Below, piece by piece: positions 38,886 to 52,890 of a DNA stretch of 64,000 nucleotides. The stretch comes from Octopus vulgaris (Eukaryota). Made by a program: the position numbers and the translations under genes. The stretch lies in assembly GCA_951406725.2 (NCBI GenBank), contig OX597827.1, positions 79,980,001-80,044,000 of the forward strand, given 5' to 3'. Below the pieces are notes generated by a model that searched no databases, had not been told where the DNA came from, and saw only the letters and a program-made list of their open reading frames with translations. How positions within the stretch are numbered: position 1 is the first letter of the stretch; every line of letters begins with the position of its first letter.

Positions 38886-41032
38886 CTGTAAAATAAAACA
38901 GCAACCAGAAACACTTAAAGAAATCATTCATGATTGACAATGTTAATGAGTAACTCGTTATAATGTTGCATCTATAGAAAGATGCAGGGCATCATAATAA
39001 CCATAATAATCATCAATTAATGTCCATGTCCAAGACTGCCATGGACTGAATGGTTTAACAGGATCTGATGGGACAAAAGCCAGCATCATATTCCAGCCCT
39101 CAGCTATTCTATTGCTGGATGCATTTCCTAACACCAACCATTTTACACCATGCACAGGGTGTGTTTTTAGTGTCATTGGCACGAGCAAGTTCTGTATTTG
39201 TCTTATGAGATTGGGAATCCCAAGGATGAGGCCTTTATGGCAGGAGATAAGGGTTAAGGTATGAGAGGACGTGGGGCAGAGAAGGTTCTTATTGTAAAGG
39301 AGCTACTTGGTAATTAACATAGTGATGAGAGTGGGAAGGAATCATGAGAAGAGGTAATTAGTGGTAGGTAATGAGGCATCCAGGAGGAAGTTCAGGGTAT
39401 GAGATAAGTAGAATTGGGTGGGGACAGAGAAATTAGGAGCATGAGGTGGGGTTTCAGAGAGATAGGCAAAATGGAAGACGGTAAGGGAAGGAATCCAACA
39501 TCTGTAAAGATTGGGTTAAGTTGAAGGGTTTTGCAGGAGAGGTGAGAGCAGAGATCGTAGATAATCTGGTGGTTTGTGAGGGGACAAGGATAACAGGAGA
39601 AAGAACTATAATCCTTACATATGGGTGCAGAGAACACTCTGAATGGTAGAAAGAAAAACATAAAATGATCAGGAGAGGATCAGAGTGGGAGAGATGAAAG
39701 GGGTTACATGTGGAATTTGGATGAGTCACGGTGCACATATATGTAATATATACACAGGTAATGCATCCAAATTATGGGTGGGTCTCCTTGAGAACTACAC
39801 ATCACATGACACCCTTTATTTCTTTGCCATTCTTATCCTCTCTGCAAGGCTCAGAATCCTTGGGGCAGCCAACAACACTTCATAAAATTACACAAATTTC
39901 AAAAATCATTTCAATAATTCTCAACTCATGGTGGCCAATGGATTCTAGCTTGCCAGCCCTGGTCAAACCGTCCAACCCATGCCAGCATGGACAACGAACC
40001 TTCAACGATGATGATAATGATTGAATGTCAAATCTAGATAAAATTACTTTCGATAATTGTCAAAAATTATAAAGGACAATTTCGTTTTCGATGTAAATAA
40101 TTGCAAAATACTCTTAAGAATATCAAAAGAGCAGATTTCTGATTGTACACGAAAGATTATTGATTATTTATCAAACATTTCCTGGGACTGCTTTAGGTAC
40201 AAGACCACAAATTCTAGAATAGGGGACAGTTGAACGTATAAACATGATCAGTATGTGAATTTTTTTTAAATGTCATATGCAAGAGAAAAATCCAGTACCT
40301 ATAAGCATTTTCAGGCCCTCAATAACTGATACAAACGAAGAAGAGAAGAAAGGGGTTGATTATCCTCAAATTAGAGACGTGACCCAAATGCTTGCAACAT
40401 AGTGGCCTTCACTGCTCAAAGCACCCAACGACCAGTTGTTGGTGCTAAACAGAGCAACAGATTAAGTCTTCTATCCAAGCAGCCCATAGATGAAGTGAGA
40501 GGGAAAATAGTTAGAACAAATATAGCAAGGAACCACGAGTGATGCACAAATGCTTCTCTCAGTTCAATGCTCAAAAATGTACATCTTTTGTCAATCCCAC
40601 AAAGATAGAAGGCAAAGTAGTCCTTACTATAATTTGGAATACAGAAGGTAAGAAGTGAGAACAGATACAACAGGGTATTTCATCTACTGATTCTGGCAAT
40701 ACTAGGATGCTTATATCACCCACTAACGAATAAGGAAATTTATGCTTTAACATAAACAGGTGAAAGGAATTGACACAAGTCACTTAAGAGATACATATTC
40801 CCCACTGCACCAATCTACTGCCAAGCTATATATCTATGGCCACCTTCTGACCAATTTACTGCCTATGGTGTTGGGTTATACAAAGTGTCTTCAAGAAAAT
40901 CACATACTAACCACATGACACACAATTCTGAAAGGAAAATTTATCAGATATATGTCACCAAGGAATATTTATAGCAGTCAAATTATTATAACATGAAGAT
41001 GTTAACACAAATATATTGAAAATAATACTTAC

Positions 41033-43381
41033 CCGTGTAGATTTCTGAAGTGTTCTGTTCATTGTAGACATCTTCCAGTCATCTGGATAGTAATGGCTCC
41101 TCGAATGACCATATCTGTCTGACATCTCTCCTCGATTACCTGACATCACAGGTACACTGTTGTTACCTTGATAGATCAACTGTCTCATCTCATTGCGACA
41201 TTGGTATGCCTGTTTCTCTTCTGCTGTTCTTTCAGATGAGCTATTTCTCACATTGTTACATCTCACAATACACAGGGTTATAGAAACCACAATAGCTATA
41301 GATACTATCACAGCTGCTACTACAATGATAATCAACAATGTCGCATCTATGGTGTTATCACTTGGTAGGTGCACAGCTGTGAACATTGGTGACGTCTTGT
41401 TACTAACAGTCAGTGTCAAAGACACACTAGTTGTTGCTGACAGAACTGGAGTACCACTGTCTTTCACAACAAACTCAAGCTCATATGATCCGGCATCATT
41501 TTGGTAAACTGTGCGAGAGTAAGATAACACACCAGTGAACGAATCCAGTTTGAATAACTGTCTCTCGTTACCTGAAACGATTTCATACCTGAGAAAAGCA
41601 TTCATGTGACTGTCTATATCAGATGCTTTCAGAACTGTGATGTCGTTCTTACTTTGCGGATGATAGTGGACATTAAGAGTGAAAGGGTCAACACTAGGAA
41701 ATGTAAAATATGGAGCATTATCATTTCTATCCAATACTTCCACTTCAACATTCACTGTGTTATTCAGAGATGGGCTTCCATTGTCTTTCACAAAAACCTC
41801 AAACTCATAGAAATCTCTGTGTTCTCTGTCTAAAGACTGGTTTGTTGAAATAAAGCCAGAGTTGATAATCTGGAATGGCAGACGATATTGCTGTTTATTT
41901 CTCAGAGAATAAGACAATTCACCTCCCTTACCAATATCTGGGTCTGTAGCATTGATAAAGCCAATAGGGAAATTAGCTTTGTCATTCTCATAGGTAAGGA
42001 ACTTGAATGTGTCTTTCGTAAAGTGTGGTTCTACATCATTCACATCCAACACTTGGATTGACAGATCTTTATCAGTTTTCAGAGCAGGTAATCCTTTATC
42101 TTCACACGACACAGTAAAGTGATAATGTTCCTGTGTCTCTCTGTCTACTGCTTTCTTTAGAACTATTTTATATTCCTTCGATCCCATTGACTGTAGTTTG
42201 AATGTGTCATCTTTGATATGACAGTTCACCTCTCCATTGTGTCCAACATCATTGTCAGTGACCATCACATAAGCAATGAAACTACCAACTTTGATGTCTT
42301 CCAGAATGGTAGCTGTGTTGTGATTCTGTGTAGAAATAAAGTTCACATCAATATTTGGAGGATTGTTCTGCTGGTTGATGACATTTACCATAACCGTTGC
42401 AATGGAACTGAGAGGAGGGTTGCCCCCATCTCTGGCTTCAATATACAATTTGAATGATTTCTTCTTCTGTAACTCAGAATGTTTGTTCAAGTAAAGCTCT
42501 CCCGAATCTGAATCTATTAAGAAATGATGTTTTGCATTTGTTGATGTTGTTGGACTGAAATGATAAAAAACTTTACCATTCTCTCCAATATCAGAATCTT
42601 TTGCCAACATGACAATAACTGGTATATTTCTTTGATGGTTACTTTGTATAGAGACATTGTATGTTTTATCAGAGAAAATTGGTCTGTTATCATTTTCATC
42701 TTCCACAGTTATGTGCACATTTAAGACACCCTGTTTGGGTGGAGTTCCTCCATCCTTAGCAATCACTTCTATATTATAGCTGTCTTTCGTCTCCCTGTCT
42801 AACTTCCCTTGTAATATAATTTCCAGAGATGATACTCCATCAGCTCTTTGGAATGTGGTCAATGAAAACTGTTGGTTATTTCCCTTCAATTCGTAATTCA
42901 CTAATCTGTTTTGTAATCCAACATCTTTGTCAATGGCATTGGGGATGGACTTTTTCCTACCTTTTCCATCTCCTTCTCTAAGCTCCAGTTTAATTTCTTC
43001 GACAGGAAACTCTGGTTGATGGTCATTGATGTCTTCTATAATCACCTTAATTTTCAAAATCTTTATAAATTTCCCTGCTTTATGAACTGCTACCTTAATT
43101 GTGTGAAAGCATTCTTTCTCAAAAGTACACAGAGACTCAGCATCCAGTGTTTGTGTGGTGTATATCTTCCCAGTGGTGGTCACATTAAACAGCTGTGTTC
43201 CCTTCTGTTGCAACTGACTGAACGATAATAATGCAGTGTCCTTTAACTGGGAATCAGCAGTAATGTCTCCTATGTTGATAACAGGACTGTTCTCTTCTTT
43301 CACATGGTAAACAATGTCTTTAGAGACAGAACAGTGAAGCAGAGACTGTAATATCCATATCGCTATTAAGACCATCTTCAT
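41033..43381 (-). CDS. Pcdh: Protocadherin B, large coding exon (783 codons)
   Basis: Near-identical paralogue of A. True ATG (MKMVL) at 43381, acceptor at 43410-43411, donor CGG|GTAAGT at 41033; same 2349-nt coding length. Confidence 0.95.
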
Positions 43382-43734
43382 TTGTTGAGTTAAATACCAG
43401 TTAATTAATCTGAAAATATAAAAGGTACACAACTGCCAGTCACATCATAGAAACCGTTTACATTATAGGATAGATTGTTAACTGAACTGTAATATGCAAT
43501 ATTTTAAATGGAATGTCAATGAGAATTTTACTTGTTATTTGCAAGAATGTTATTCTATGTGAAGTATAGAATATTTAACTGCATGCGCTATAGACTTGGA
43601 TAGATGTTATCTATATAGCATTCTCTGTAATTGTCATGTATTCAAACAGTGTAATGGGGAGCATAATTATTCTATGACACTTTAGATACAAGTAATTATA
43701 AAGGTGACAAGATACAAAGAATGACAGAGGTATC

Positions 43735-45640
43735 AAGTTGTTAGATCAGGTAATGAAGGTCACGGAGAGAGTCATAGCCCAACTAATTAGGGAGAGAGTC
43801 AGTTTAGATGAGATGCAGGTTAGGTTCGTGCCAGGGAAAAGCACCACTGATGCATTATTTCTAGTAAGACAGCTGCAGGAAATATACCTAACCAAAGATA
43901 ATCCTCTGTACCTGGCTTTCGTTGACATGGAGAAAGCCTTTGACAGGGTCCCCCGATCTCTTATCTGGTGGTCAATGAGGAAACTAGGGATAGATGAAAG
44001 GTTAGCGAGAGCTGTGCAAGCTATGTACAGGGACACTGTCAGTAAGTGAGGGTTGGCAACGAGTACAGTGAAGAATTCCGGGTAGAGGTAGGAGTCCACC
44101 AAGGCTCAGTCCACATCCCCCTCCTATTTATCATAGTTCTCCAGGCAATAACAGAGGAATTCAAGACTGGATGCCCCTGGGAGCTCCTTTATGCTGACGA
44201 CCTTGCTCTAATTGCCAAGTCACTATCAGAACTGGAGAAGTTTCAAGTGTGGAAGTAAGGATTAGAATCGAAGGGCCTTAGAGTCAACATAGCTAAAACC
44301 AAAGTCAGAAGGCAGGCAAACTACAAATCCCTTCAGGTAGATGGCCCTGCTCGATCTGTAGAAAAGGCAAAGGTAGAAACTCTATAAGATGTACCCAGTG
44401 TAAGCTATGGACACATAAGAGGTGCAGTAATATCAAAGGAAGGCTAACTGAGAAGATAGTTCTTGTATGTGGCAGATGCTCAGGAACAATAAACACTGAA
44501 AATGTGCAGAGAACAACTTACACCACATTCCGGGGAGAAAAACTAGAAGTAGATGATAACTTCCGTTATCTACATGACAAAGTCAGTAGCGGGGGAGGGT
44601 GTGCTGAAAGTGTAGCTGCTAGAATAAGAATAGCCTGAGCAAAGTTCGGAGAGTTCTTACTTCTGCAGGTGACAAAGGGCCTCTCGCTCAGAGTAAAAGG
44701 TAGACTGTATGATGCTTGTGTACGAACAGCCATGCTACATGGCAGTGAAACATGGGGCGTGACTGCTGAGGACATGCCTAAGCTCACTAGGAATTAAGCC
44801 AGTATGCTCCGATGGATGTGTAATGTCACTGTGCATAACTCGACAGAGTGTAAGCGTCCTGAGAGAAATGTTGGACATAAGAAGCATCAGATGTGGTGTG
44901 CAAGAGAGACGACTGTGCTGGTATGGTCATGTGACGAGAATGGATTAGGATAGCTCTGAGAAAAAGTGCCACACCCTAGCGTTCAGGGAACTTGTGGAAG
45001 CGGTACACCCAGGAGGACCTGTGATGAAGTGGTAAAGCACGAACTTTGAACATTAGGCCTCACTGAGGCAATGACTAGTGACCATTGGAAATATGCTGTG
45101 CTTCAGAAGACCCGGCAAGCCAAGTGTGACCATAACCTTGTGGCCTATGCCAGGGGTGTAACCAGCCCACTTATGCAAACCTTTCCTTCATTGGACACTA
45201 GACTCTGTTTGCGAAGACCTGTTGAGGCAAGTGAAATCAAAATCGATGACAGCACCGCATGACTGGCATCCGTGCTAGTGGAGCGCCGAGAGCACCATCC
45301 GAGCATGAACGTTGCCAGAGTAGCTAACTGGCTTCTGTGCCAGAGGCACATGAAGAGACATTCGAGCGAGGTCGTTGCCAGTGTCACTGGACTGGCTCTT
45401 GTGCAGGTGTCATGTAAAAAGTACCATTTGAGCGTCGCCTGACTGACCCTCGTGCCAGTGGCACATAAAAGCACCCACTACACTCTCAGAGTGGTTGGCG
45501 TTAGGAAGGGCATCAGGCTGCAGAAACTCTGCCAGATCAAGATTGGAGCCTGGTGCAGCCATCTGGTTCGCCAGCCCTCAGTCATACGTTCAACCCATGC
45601 TAGCATGGAAAGCAAACGTTAAACAATGATGATAATAATG
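43735..45640 (+). mobile_element. 5'-truncated RTE-clade LINE in intron 1 of Pcdh B
   Basis: RT motifs FVDMEKAFDRV, VGVHQGS and LLYADDL, a Cys-rich segment, and a 3' UTR ending in (GAT)n-like tail; several stops and frameshifts. Confidence 0.9.
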
Positions 45641-47311
45641 ATGCCTTTTTCAGGGCGAGGAAATGGGGGTGGGAGTGGATGTAGTTTGGTTGTTATATGA
45701 GCAGATCAAACAATCTGATACACGTTCCCCTCCCCCTGGTTCAAACGTTGACACAGAGTTACTTTCCTTTAGTGTCCAGCACCATTCATATATGAAACAC
45801 AATGGGAAAATGACACAGTAAATTGAAAAGCTAGAGAACTACCAGAAAGGAACAAAAAATGCATAGATATCAATGTTAAACATTAAGGAGGTAATAAGCA
45901 AAGATTTTCTCATAAGGAACAAGTCTGAGAGTAATGGTGAATATATATTTCACACAGTAACTTTCTAGAATTGTCTGAGAGACAGAATTTAAGGAAAAGT
46001 TAAAATTGCAAGGGAAACAACATAAAATATAAATTGAAAAGAAAACACAAATGATTTACAGTAAATACTAATCAATATTCTTCATTTCTCTGCAAAGATT
46101 CTTATGGTTTCAGTGGATCAGTTTTAGAAGTTCTAATTAAAAATATTGCTATCAAATTTTGGCACACAGACAGCAATTTCAAGGGATGGGGCAATTCTCA
46201 ACTGATACTGAATTTATCAACCCCAAAAAGAATGGGAGAGAAAGTCTACCTCACCAGAATTTGAACTCAGGACATAAAGGCAGAGGAACTGCCACTAAGC
46301 ATTTTGCTTAGTGTGCTTATGATTCAGCCAAGATAGCTGAAAAATTAGCAAGGTTGGATTTGTTTTCTATAAAACACTATGTGATATCTCATATATAGAA
46401 ATGACAAATAATAAAAAATACATATATATTAAATGTATGATATATTATATAATAAATCCAACTGCAGTGGTTAATGGTAAATGTTGTGTTTAAAGGTGTA
46501 TAGATGCGATGGGCATGTGTATGCCTTTCAAGTAACCAAAGGAAAGGAAGTGTTAATTTTTACACAGCTCCCTTGGTCAATAAATTCATATTCATTTTTG
46601 TTTTTCAAAGAAACATCTAATGACAGAAAGCCTCTTTTAGCAACACTGCAAATCTGAATAATACCAGATTTAATTAGAAGACATTCATTAAACAAGACCA
46701 AAATAGGACACTGTTTCAGTATGAATACAACACACAGATTAAGACCAATAAAATTTTATATTAAATTTAGAAAGACTTAAATAATATCACAACACAATAT
46801 TGATTATTTATGTTGACACTAAACCACCATCTTGTCAACTGTTCTCCCAGTTTCACTTTAATATTCTATATTAATATAACCCATTCTTACATATAAACAC
46901 AATAATGATACTTGACTCTCTCAAAACATCCTTCACAAGAAACACTCAAATTCTTTTTTTAAATACACACAATAAAGAACATCTTCTGGTTATATATTAT
47001 ACATTATCAATACTGATAATAATTATGAAGATGTCTGCAAATAAGAGACAACAAACTGACTGGATTTAAATATATTTCACTTGAAAAATAACCATAATTA
47101 AATATTATTTAACACTTCCTAAGAGCAAAATATCAATCATGAACATATAAATATCAAGAGAAAGCGTGTAACTGGCAAAGACCATATTTAAATGTCTACT
47201 GACATAATTTCTATTTGTTATATTCTATAGTAAAAGATGGCTGAAGAAAGTTTCTACAGCAATCATCAGTCAAATATCTTAATAATACAAAATAAACATT
47301 CATAGACTTAC

Positions 47312-47830
47312 CTTCATTGTATGTAAAATCCTTTGTTGTATAAATTGTGACTTGGTCCCAATGTTCTGTTGTTAATGGTTGTCTGTGTCACTGCTGCTAT
47401 GGTGTGACAATGGCTTCATGTTGATGGAATAGTGTTGGTGGTGAGTCAGTGGGAACCAGCAGTTCCCTCTCAGTCTTCCTTTGTGGATGTGTGATGTTTA
47501 ATGAGTGTGTGTGTGTGCATATGCGTGTAAGAGAGAGAGAGAGAGAGGAGGGATGGGTGATGCTTGCTCCAGCCTCACACACACAAGATGCTGTGTTTCC
47601 CTCAAAGAGAAGAGAGAAAGAAAGAAAGAGAACAAACAATATCAGCTCCACTAACAGTCAGCCATAAGAAGTCCATATAATACCAACATGTCTGATGTGG
47701 AGAGAGAGAGAGAGAGAGAGAGAGACTGGCATAGATATTCAGTGTTTCATACGGATCTCATATTAACAAAACATCACTGATATTGGTAAATATATTACTA
47801 ACAAATGATGTTAATATAGAACAGTTCTGG
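47312..47830 (-). promoter_or_regulatory. Putative promoter and non-coding exon 1 of protocadherin B
   Basis: Copy of the same block with donor AAG|GTAAGT at 47312. Confidence 0.7.
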
Positions 47831-48278
47831 TTAAAATGTGTCTGACCTAAATATACACCCAACCTATAATGGAGGATGTAGGAACAAAAGAGAAGGGATA
47901 TTCTAATTTTCAGGCAGGTTTATTTTGGTATCATTTTTAAATATAATTTCCTAAGTCTTAGATTTTAAAAACTCTGTTGTAAAAAATAGAGAAATATATT
48001 TTAAATGTATTCTAAATTAATTTTAGATATATTTGAGAAATTTCATAAAGATTATGCAAAATTCCTGTGTGTGTGTGTGTATTTATGGATAGAAGTTGAA
48101 ATCTGTCTGACTTCCAGTTAGTGTGTATGTATTGTATAGTATGCTGATATATAATATTGTAATTGTGAGGAAAATATAAAACGTCTGTATTTTTCAAAAC
48201 TTGTATGAGTGTGTGGTTAGAGGTTCATATTTGAAATGGTATTGGTAAGGGGTCAATATTTAGTTAAGTGACCAGTGG

Positions 48279-48397
48279 TCAGTTAGTAATGACATCTGGT
48301 GTTGAAGGTAACTGTCTCTCTGGAGGTTTCACATATCTGTCTTGATACTGTTGTCTTTCGGGGTTCACTGGTGTATCCTGTTGGCTACCATAGATCC
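48279..48397 (-). CDS. Pcdh: Protocadherin C terminal coding exon
   Basis: Copy of the conserved terminal exon, TGA at 48279-48281. Confidence 0.85.
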
Positions 48398-48555
48398 CTG
48401 CAAAAGAGTGTTTTAATGTAGAAATGTCTGAAACAATCACCATCATCAGAAATACTCTACGGACACACAGACAGAACTAATTATATCTCAGAGTCTACAA
48501 CAATAATTAGTAATGAATTACTGTAATATTAAATGAGAATGGATTGATATCCTAC

Positions 48556-48709
48556 CTGACATTGCTGGAATTTCTTCATACTGTCTACTTGACCGCTCAC
48601 TCCAGCACTGTCCACTGCTCTTACGACTGGTCAATGTGTCAGTGGGATAGTTAGAGGATGGTCTGTTGTCTCCATAAGATGTCACCTCAATCGGTTGACT
48701 GTATTTCTG
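48556..48709 (-). CDS. Pcdh: Protocadherin C cytoplasmic exon (154 nt)
   Basis: Copy of the conserved exon with intact splice sites. Confidence 0.85.
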
Positions 48710-49930
48710 CTGTAAAATACAACAGCAACCAGAAACACTTAAAGAAATCATTCATGATTGACAATGTTAATGAGTAACTCGTTATAATGTTGTTGCATCT
48801 ATAGAAAGATGCAGGGCATCATAATAACCATAATAATCATCAATTAATGTCCATGTCCAAGACTGCCATGGACTGAATGGTTTAACAGGATCTGATGGGG
48901 CAAAAGACTGCATCGTATTCCAGCCCTCAGCTTTTCTATCGCTGGATGCATTTCCTAACACCAACCATTTTACACCATGCACAGGGTGTGTTTTTAGTGC
49001 CACTGGTACGAGCAAGTTCAGCATTTGGCTTACAAGACTAGGGAATCCCAAGGACGGGGCCTTTATGGCAGGAGATAAGGGTTAAGGTATGAGAAAAGGT
49101 GGGACAGAGAAGGTTCTCATTGTAAAGGAGCTACTTGGTAATTAACGTAGTGATAGGTAATGAGGCGTCCAGGAGGTAGTTCAGGGTATGAGAGGAGTGG
49201 AAGTGGGTGGGGACAGAGAAATTAGGAGCATGAGGAGGTGGGGGTTTCAAAGAGATGGGTAAAATGGAAGACAGTAAGGGAAGGAATCCAACATCTGTAA
49301 AGATTGGGTTAAGTTGAAGGGTGTTGCAGGAGAGGTGAGAGCAGAGATCGTATGTAATCTGGTGGTTTGTGAGGGGACAAGGATAACAGGGGAAAGAACT
49401 ATAATCCTTACATATGGGTGCAGAGAACACTCTGAATGGTAGAAGGAAAAATCAGAAAATGATGAGAGGATTACAGTGGGAGAGATGAAGGGATGACATG
49501 AGGAATTTGGATGGGCCCATTTGTGCACATATATGTAATATATGCACATTTAATGCATCCAGAAGTGACTTTTGCCATGATGCATGGGTCTCCGTGAGTA
49601 TTACACATTACATGACGCCCTTTTTCTTGTTCTTTGTTCTCACACCTCGATGAGTCTCAGTATCCTCAGGGCAACCAACAACACTTCATAACATTACTCA
49701 AATTTCAAAAATCATTTCCACCATTTCAAACTTATAGCAGAAATCAATATTCATTGATTGTAAAATCTTGATACAATCACATTTCATGACAAACTTGTCA
49801 GAACAATCTAAAGGACAATTTCACTTTAGATGTAAATATTGGCAAATCACTTTTAAGAATATTCTAAGTGCAGCTTTCTGATTGTCCCCGAAAGAAAATT
49901 GAATATTTATGAAATATTTACTGGTGCTGC

Positions 49931-49989
<59 letters not shown>

Positions 49990-50541
49990 CAAAGGAATAA
50001 GACCACAAATTCTACAATAGGGGACAGTTCCATGTATAAATATCAGTATGTGAATATATTTTAGACAAAAAGATCTAATACCTATAAGCATATTCAGGCC
50101 CTCAAACACTGATAAAATGTAGAGTAGTCCTTACTAAAATTTGGAATAAAAAGGTAAGAATTGAGAACAGATACAACAGGGTATTTCATCTACTGATTCT
50201 GGCAATACTAGGATGCTTATATCATCCACTAACGGATAAAGAAAGCCATGCTTTAACATAAACAGGTGAAAGTAATTAACACAAGTCATTTAAGAGATAC
50301 ATATTCCCCACTGCAACAATCTACTGCCAAGCTATATATCTAGGGCCACAATCTGACCAATTTACTGCCTATGATGTTGGGTTATACAAAGTGTCTTCGA
50401 GTAAATCACATACTAAACACATGATACACAATTCTGAGAGGAAATTTTATCAGATATATGTCACCAAGTAATGTTTATAGCAGTCAAATTATTACAACAG
50501 GAAGACAAACTTACAATATATATATTCCAAATAATACTTAC

Positions 50542-52890
50542 CCGTGTAGATTTCTGAAGTGTTCTGTTCATTGTAGACATCTTCCAGTCATCTGGATAGT
50601 AATGGCTCCTCGAATGACCATATCTGTCTGTCATCTCTCCTCGATTACCTGACATCACAGGTACACTGTTGTTACCTTGATAGATCAACTGTCTCATCTC
50701 ATTGCGACATTGGTATGCCTGTTTCTCTTCTGCTGTTCTTTCAGATGAGCTATTTCTCACATTGTTACATCTCACAATACACAGGGTTATAGAAACCACA
50801 ATAGCTATAGATACTATCACAGCTGCTACTACAATGATAATCAACAATGTTGCATCTATTGTGTTATCACTTGGTAGGTGCACAGCTGTGAACATTGGTG
50901 ACGTCTTGTTACTAACAGTCAGTGTCAAAGACACACTAGTTGTTGCTGACAGAACTGGAGTACCACTGTCTTTCACAACAAACTCAAGCTCATATGATCC
51001 GGCATCATTTTGGTAAACTGTGCGAGAGTAAGATAACACACCAGTGAACGAGTCCAGTTTAAATAACTGTCTCTCGTTACCTGAAACGATTTCGTACCTG
51101 AGAAAAGCATTCATGTGACTGTCTATATCAGATGCTTTCAGAACTGTGATGTCGTTCTTACTTTGCGGATGATAGTGGACATTAAGAGTGAAAGGGTCAA
51201 CACTAGGAAATGTAAAATATGGAGCATTATCATTTCTATCCAATACTTCCACTTCAACATTCACTGTGTTATTCAGAGATGGGCTTCCATTGTCTTTCAC
51301 AAAAACCTCAAACTCATAGAAATCTCTGTGTTCTCTGTCTAAAGACTGGTTTGTTGAAATAAAGCCAGAGTTGATAATCTGGAATGGCAGACGATATTGC
51401 TGTTTATTTCTCAGAGAATAAGACAATTCACCTCCCTTACCAATATCTGGGTCTGTAGCATTGATAAAGCCAATAGGGAAATTAGCTTTGTCATTCTCAT
51501 AGGTAAGGAACTTGAATGTGTCTTTCGTAAAGTGTGGTTCTACATCATTCACATCCAACACTTGGATTGACAGATCTTTATCAGTTTTCAGAGCAGGTAA
51601 TCCTTTATCTTCACACGACACAGTAAAGTGATAATGTTCCTGTGTCTCTCTGTCTACTGCTTTCTTTAGAACTATTTTATATTCCTTCGATCCCATTGAC
51701 TGTAGTTTGAATGTGTCATCTTTGATATGACAGTTCACCTCTCCATTGTGTCCAACATCATTGTCAGTGACCATCACATAAGCAATGAAACTACCAACTT
51801 TGATGTCTTCCAGAATGGTAGCTGTGTTGTGATTCTGTGTAGAAATAAAGTTCACATCAATATTTGGGGGATTGTTCTGCTGGTTGATGACGTTTACCAT
51901 AATGGTTGCTATGGAACTGAGAGGAGGGCTGCCACCATCTCTGGCTTCAATATATAATTTAAATGATTTCTTCTTTTCTAAATTAGAATGTTTAGACTGG
52001 AATATTTCCCCTGATTGCTGTTCTATCCTAAAGTTGTTCATTGAGTCTTTAGATGTTAAGGAACTGATATAATATGAAACTTTACCATTTTCTCCAATAT
52101 CAGAGTCTTTTGCCAACATGACAATAACCGGTATATTCCTTTGATGGTTACTTTGTATAGAGACATTGTATGTTTTATCAGAGAAAATTGGTCTGTTATC
52201 GTTTTCATCTTTCACAGTTATGTGCACATTTAAGACACCCTGTTTGGGTGGATTGCCTCCATCCTTAGCAATCACTTCTATATTATAGCTGTCTTTCGTC
52301 TCTCTGTCTAACTTTCCTTCTAAAACGATTTCTAAAGATAGCAAACTATCTGCTATCTGAAATGTGGACAAAGAAAACTGTTGGTTATTTCCCTTCAATT
52401 CATAATTCACTAATCTGTTCTGTAATCCAACATCTTTGTCAATCGCATTGGGGATGGACATTTTCATACCTACTCCATCACCTTCCTCAAAGGTTAATTG
52501 AATTTCTTCGACAGGAAACTCTGGTTGATGGTCATTGATGTCTTCTATAATCACCTTAATTTTCAATATCTTTATAAATTTGCCTGCTTTATGAACTGCT
52601 ACCTTAATTGTGTGAAAGCATTCTTTCTCAAAAGTACACAGAGACTCAGCATCCAGTGTTTGTGTGGTGTATATCTTCCCAGTGTTGGTCACATTAAACA
52701 GCTGTGTTCCTTTCTGTTGCAACTGACTGAACGATAATAATGCAGTGTCCTTTAACTGGGAATCAGCAGTAATGTCTCCTATGTTGATAACAGGACTGTT
52801 CTCTTCTTTCACATGGTAAACAATGTCTTTAGAGACAGAACAGTGAAGCAGAGACTGTAATATCCATATCGCTATTAAGACCATCTTCAT
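50542..52890 (-). CDS. Pcdh: Protocadherin C, large coding exon (783 codons)
   Basis: Near-identical paralogue; acceptor at 52919-52920, donor CGG|GTAAGT at 50542. Confidence 0.95.

Noticed and set aside
43382-43432. 17-aa N-terminal extension of the 825-aa ORF (MCTFYIFRLINWYLTQQ)
   Set aside because: It starts at a non-ATG codon inside the intron and crosses the splice acceptor; all paralogues start at MKMVL.
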